In this document: one piece after another, positions 61,694 through 64,000 of the stretch
How positions within the stretch are numbered: the first letter of the stretch is position 1
How the letters are laid out: every line of letters starts with the position of its first letter
Assembly: GCA_051294905.1 (NCBI GenBank)
Contig: CM119374.1
Coordinates: 1,736,001-1,800,000, forward strand
From: Botryllus schlosseri
Lineage: Eukaryota
Reading direction: 5' to 3'
Length of the DNA stretch: 64,000 nt
Made by a program: the position numbers and the translations under genes
Notes under the pieces: model-generated
Database searches by the model: none
What the model was told of the DNA's origin: nothing
The model's input: only the letters and a program-made list of their open reading frames with translations

Positions 61694-64000
61694 GTGCTTT
61701 ATGTTCTAACTCTAATCCTTTGTGTGTTACTCCTTTTCGTAGTCGAAAGCGGTAATTCGTCACCTTGAAATAGAAATAATCTTATCCAAAGTCTGTAAAC
61801 ATGGTACTGTGCTATATAAGCTATTACGAATAGCGTTTCTCACTTGTAATGTTCACATATAGATTTGAAACACGTAGATTCATGAACTCCTATTAGCTAT
61901 CCAGTCATTTTATCGTAGCTGGAAATGTACTAGTAGAGTTCTTCACAACAACATTCACAAGTGTTAAATCCAATTTTCACTTACTTGATTATATCATTAC
62001 AACTTGCAAACTTGAATAATTCATCCTGTTCTTTTTTTATTCAACTGTAAAAGTCGTTACTATTCTGTAAGTCAAAGTGATTACTAATCGGTGCATATAC
62101 GAGTTGACCTAAACATATTATGTTTTGAAGAGCTTCTTGGAGGTACAGAACTTCAATATACAATGGGGGGGGGGTTCCACTTCATTTTTGACACGCGGTG
62201 GCGATAAAGATAACTCGACCCAAATCTGTTTTGTTGCTATATGCTTTACTATGGGACTGGGCTAAACATGGACCTAATTTCGTGTCTTGACGTACAACGA
62301 GGATGGTGAAAGTATCCATATCAATATAAATCATCCATATGGATATCAAATAGCTGTTAGCCGACGAAAATGATGCTATTTCTTGGCGTCTTGTCATCGT
62401 GATAAGTGCTGAAATTATGATTATATCCTTATCACCAACTGCAATGGTTCTATCATTATTATTTTCTCCATTTAGCGGCCAATACTACATCAGGTTGGAC
62501 TGGATTCAACACAAACCCTTTCTACATATATTCATGTCATTTCAATACCCGAGTCCTATCCTTTATCTCATCACTATCCGTTGCTGTTGGTATATTCAAA
62601 TAATAAAATACTAATAATACCAATTAGATCTCATCCTCTCTGATGATTGACAATAAACGATGAACCAGTTGTATTGTTGTAGTTATCTTGTTGAATAAAA
62701 TGGAACAGTTATGAAATGAAGTCGCAAAGCATATATAGTCTATAAAGAAGAGGTTCTCGAATATTTTTTGCCCGACCCCTAAAATAAATTGAATGGTAAG
62801 AACATAAATTTTGTATAATAAAATTCTAAGAAACTTATTACACATGCTCATTTATTACTCTATTACATAATTCTTAGGAAAAAGGAATGTCAACCTGCTA
62901 TTTGAGAAACCCATGTATGGGTCTGCATTAAGACACAAAGCAAAATACTACGGTGTAAACCCAACTGATACAAATAGCATCACCATATCCAAGAACATTC
63001 AACGAGAATACTAACATGAAATTGCAGATTGTAAAACACAAAAATGAGCTTGTGAGCCTTCGTCATGCTTGATCATTTAAGTTTGAACTTGAAAATCTTG
63101 AAGCTTTTAGCAAAGTTCATTGCGCTATCAATATAATATGTATCAGATACGTATAATAAGAGTCCAGGTAGTAAGCAACCGACAACAATAGTCCTGCTTT
63201 GTTGAAGTCATATGAGATCGTTTGCGTCACTGTCTTACAACTAAACCTAATTTCCAAGTCGTTCCGTTGGAAGTACAAAAATGATGCCATCCTTTTAATA
63301 TCCGACAGCGTTCATGGATATCATGAACGCAATAGAGAGCTCGTAATCCAGACCGGAAACTTTGGTTTCGCCAATAAGTTGCGCATGACAGAAGGTGTAC
63401 TTGCATGGAATAATTAAGAATGAAGCAAAGTTGTGTGTAAACTTGTCACCAATTCCACTCAGGCTCATAATCATCACTGGATTTAGTCATCTTCACTGAT
63501 ACTCTTCTGGGTTCGATGTCCAACAGCTGTAATTCAATCCATACGATAGGCAACGTACCAGAATGTCAAAGAAGAAGTTGAAGTGACTGTACTTGAAAAA
63601 CGTACCGGTACAATATTCAATGGATTTATCATCGGAATAATGGTTGCTTTTCACTACCAACTATCAAATATGCTTCTTTCGATAACGGGTGACACACTAT
63701 AGATTCAGCTATTCCTTTTTACGAATTGTTGAATTGTCAGAATAAGATGCCGTGACTGCTGACTCTACAGTTTATTCTTTTGCAAAAGCTTATGACACTG
63801 ACGTCTCTTCTGCAACCTCTTTCATTCAAAACAGACGAGGCTGCCTCAATTGAAGTTTCATCAGCTTCAGCGCAATTCAAACGCATGATTTTTATATGTT
63901 GTAGGACCTCACAGCTTCATTGCATAATTTTTCTTGCCAAACAACACTGATGGGTGAACCGATTTACTGCAGGGAATGCAGTTGGTGAACTGATATTCTG

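Overview
Eukaryotic, AT-rich, intron-rich genomic DNA from an invertebrate; a tunicate or similar deuterostome is an inference from the ~60-bp short introns, dense hAT MITEs and protein domain types. The ORF track is mostly noise because the real genes are split into short exons. By splicing exons by hand on the + strand I recover two genes. (1) The 3' part of an adhesion GPCR, 1556-42379, with 20 phase-compatible GT-AG exons: Sushi x2, EGF x4, HRM-like, GAIN/GPS and a complete 7TM. Its 5' end lies upstream of the window. (2) The 5' part of a tandem paralog-like gene starting at 50522: signal peptide, atypical C-type lectin domain, an unrecognised 96-aa single-exon module, and a Sushi exon clearly paralogous to the first Sushi of gene 1. 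The most striking feature is the GPS exon of gene 1 (33683-33841). It is a frame-neutral (phase 0-0, 159 nt) exon with two stop codons, exactly at the conserved Trp of CxFW and at the Leu of the H-L/T autoproteolysis site, while the other 19 exons (~2.8 kb) are stop-free. Introns are filled with nested decayed transposons (many hAT MITE families with 8-bp TSDs, hAT-Buster remnants, an I-clade-like LINE, a Chapaev3-like transposase, an R4-like LINE, a tRNA-derived SINE) and what looks like a decayed multi-exon gene inside one intron. No CRISPR array, rRNA or bona fide tRNA is supported.
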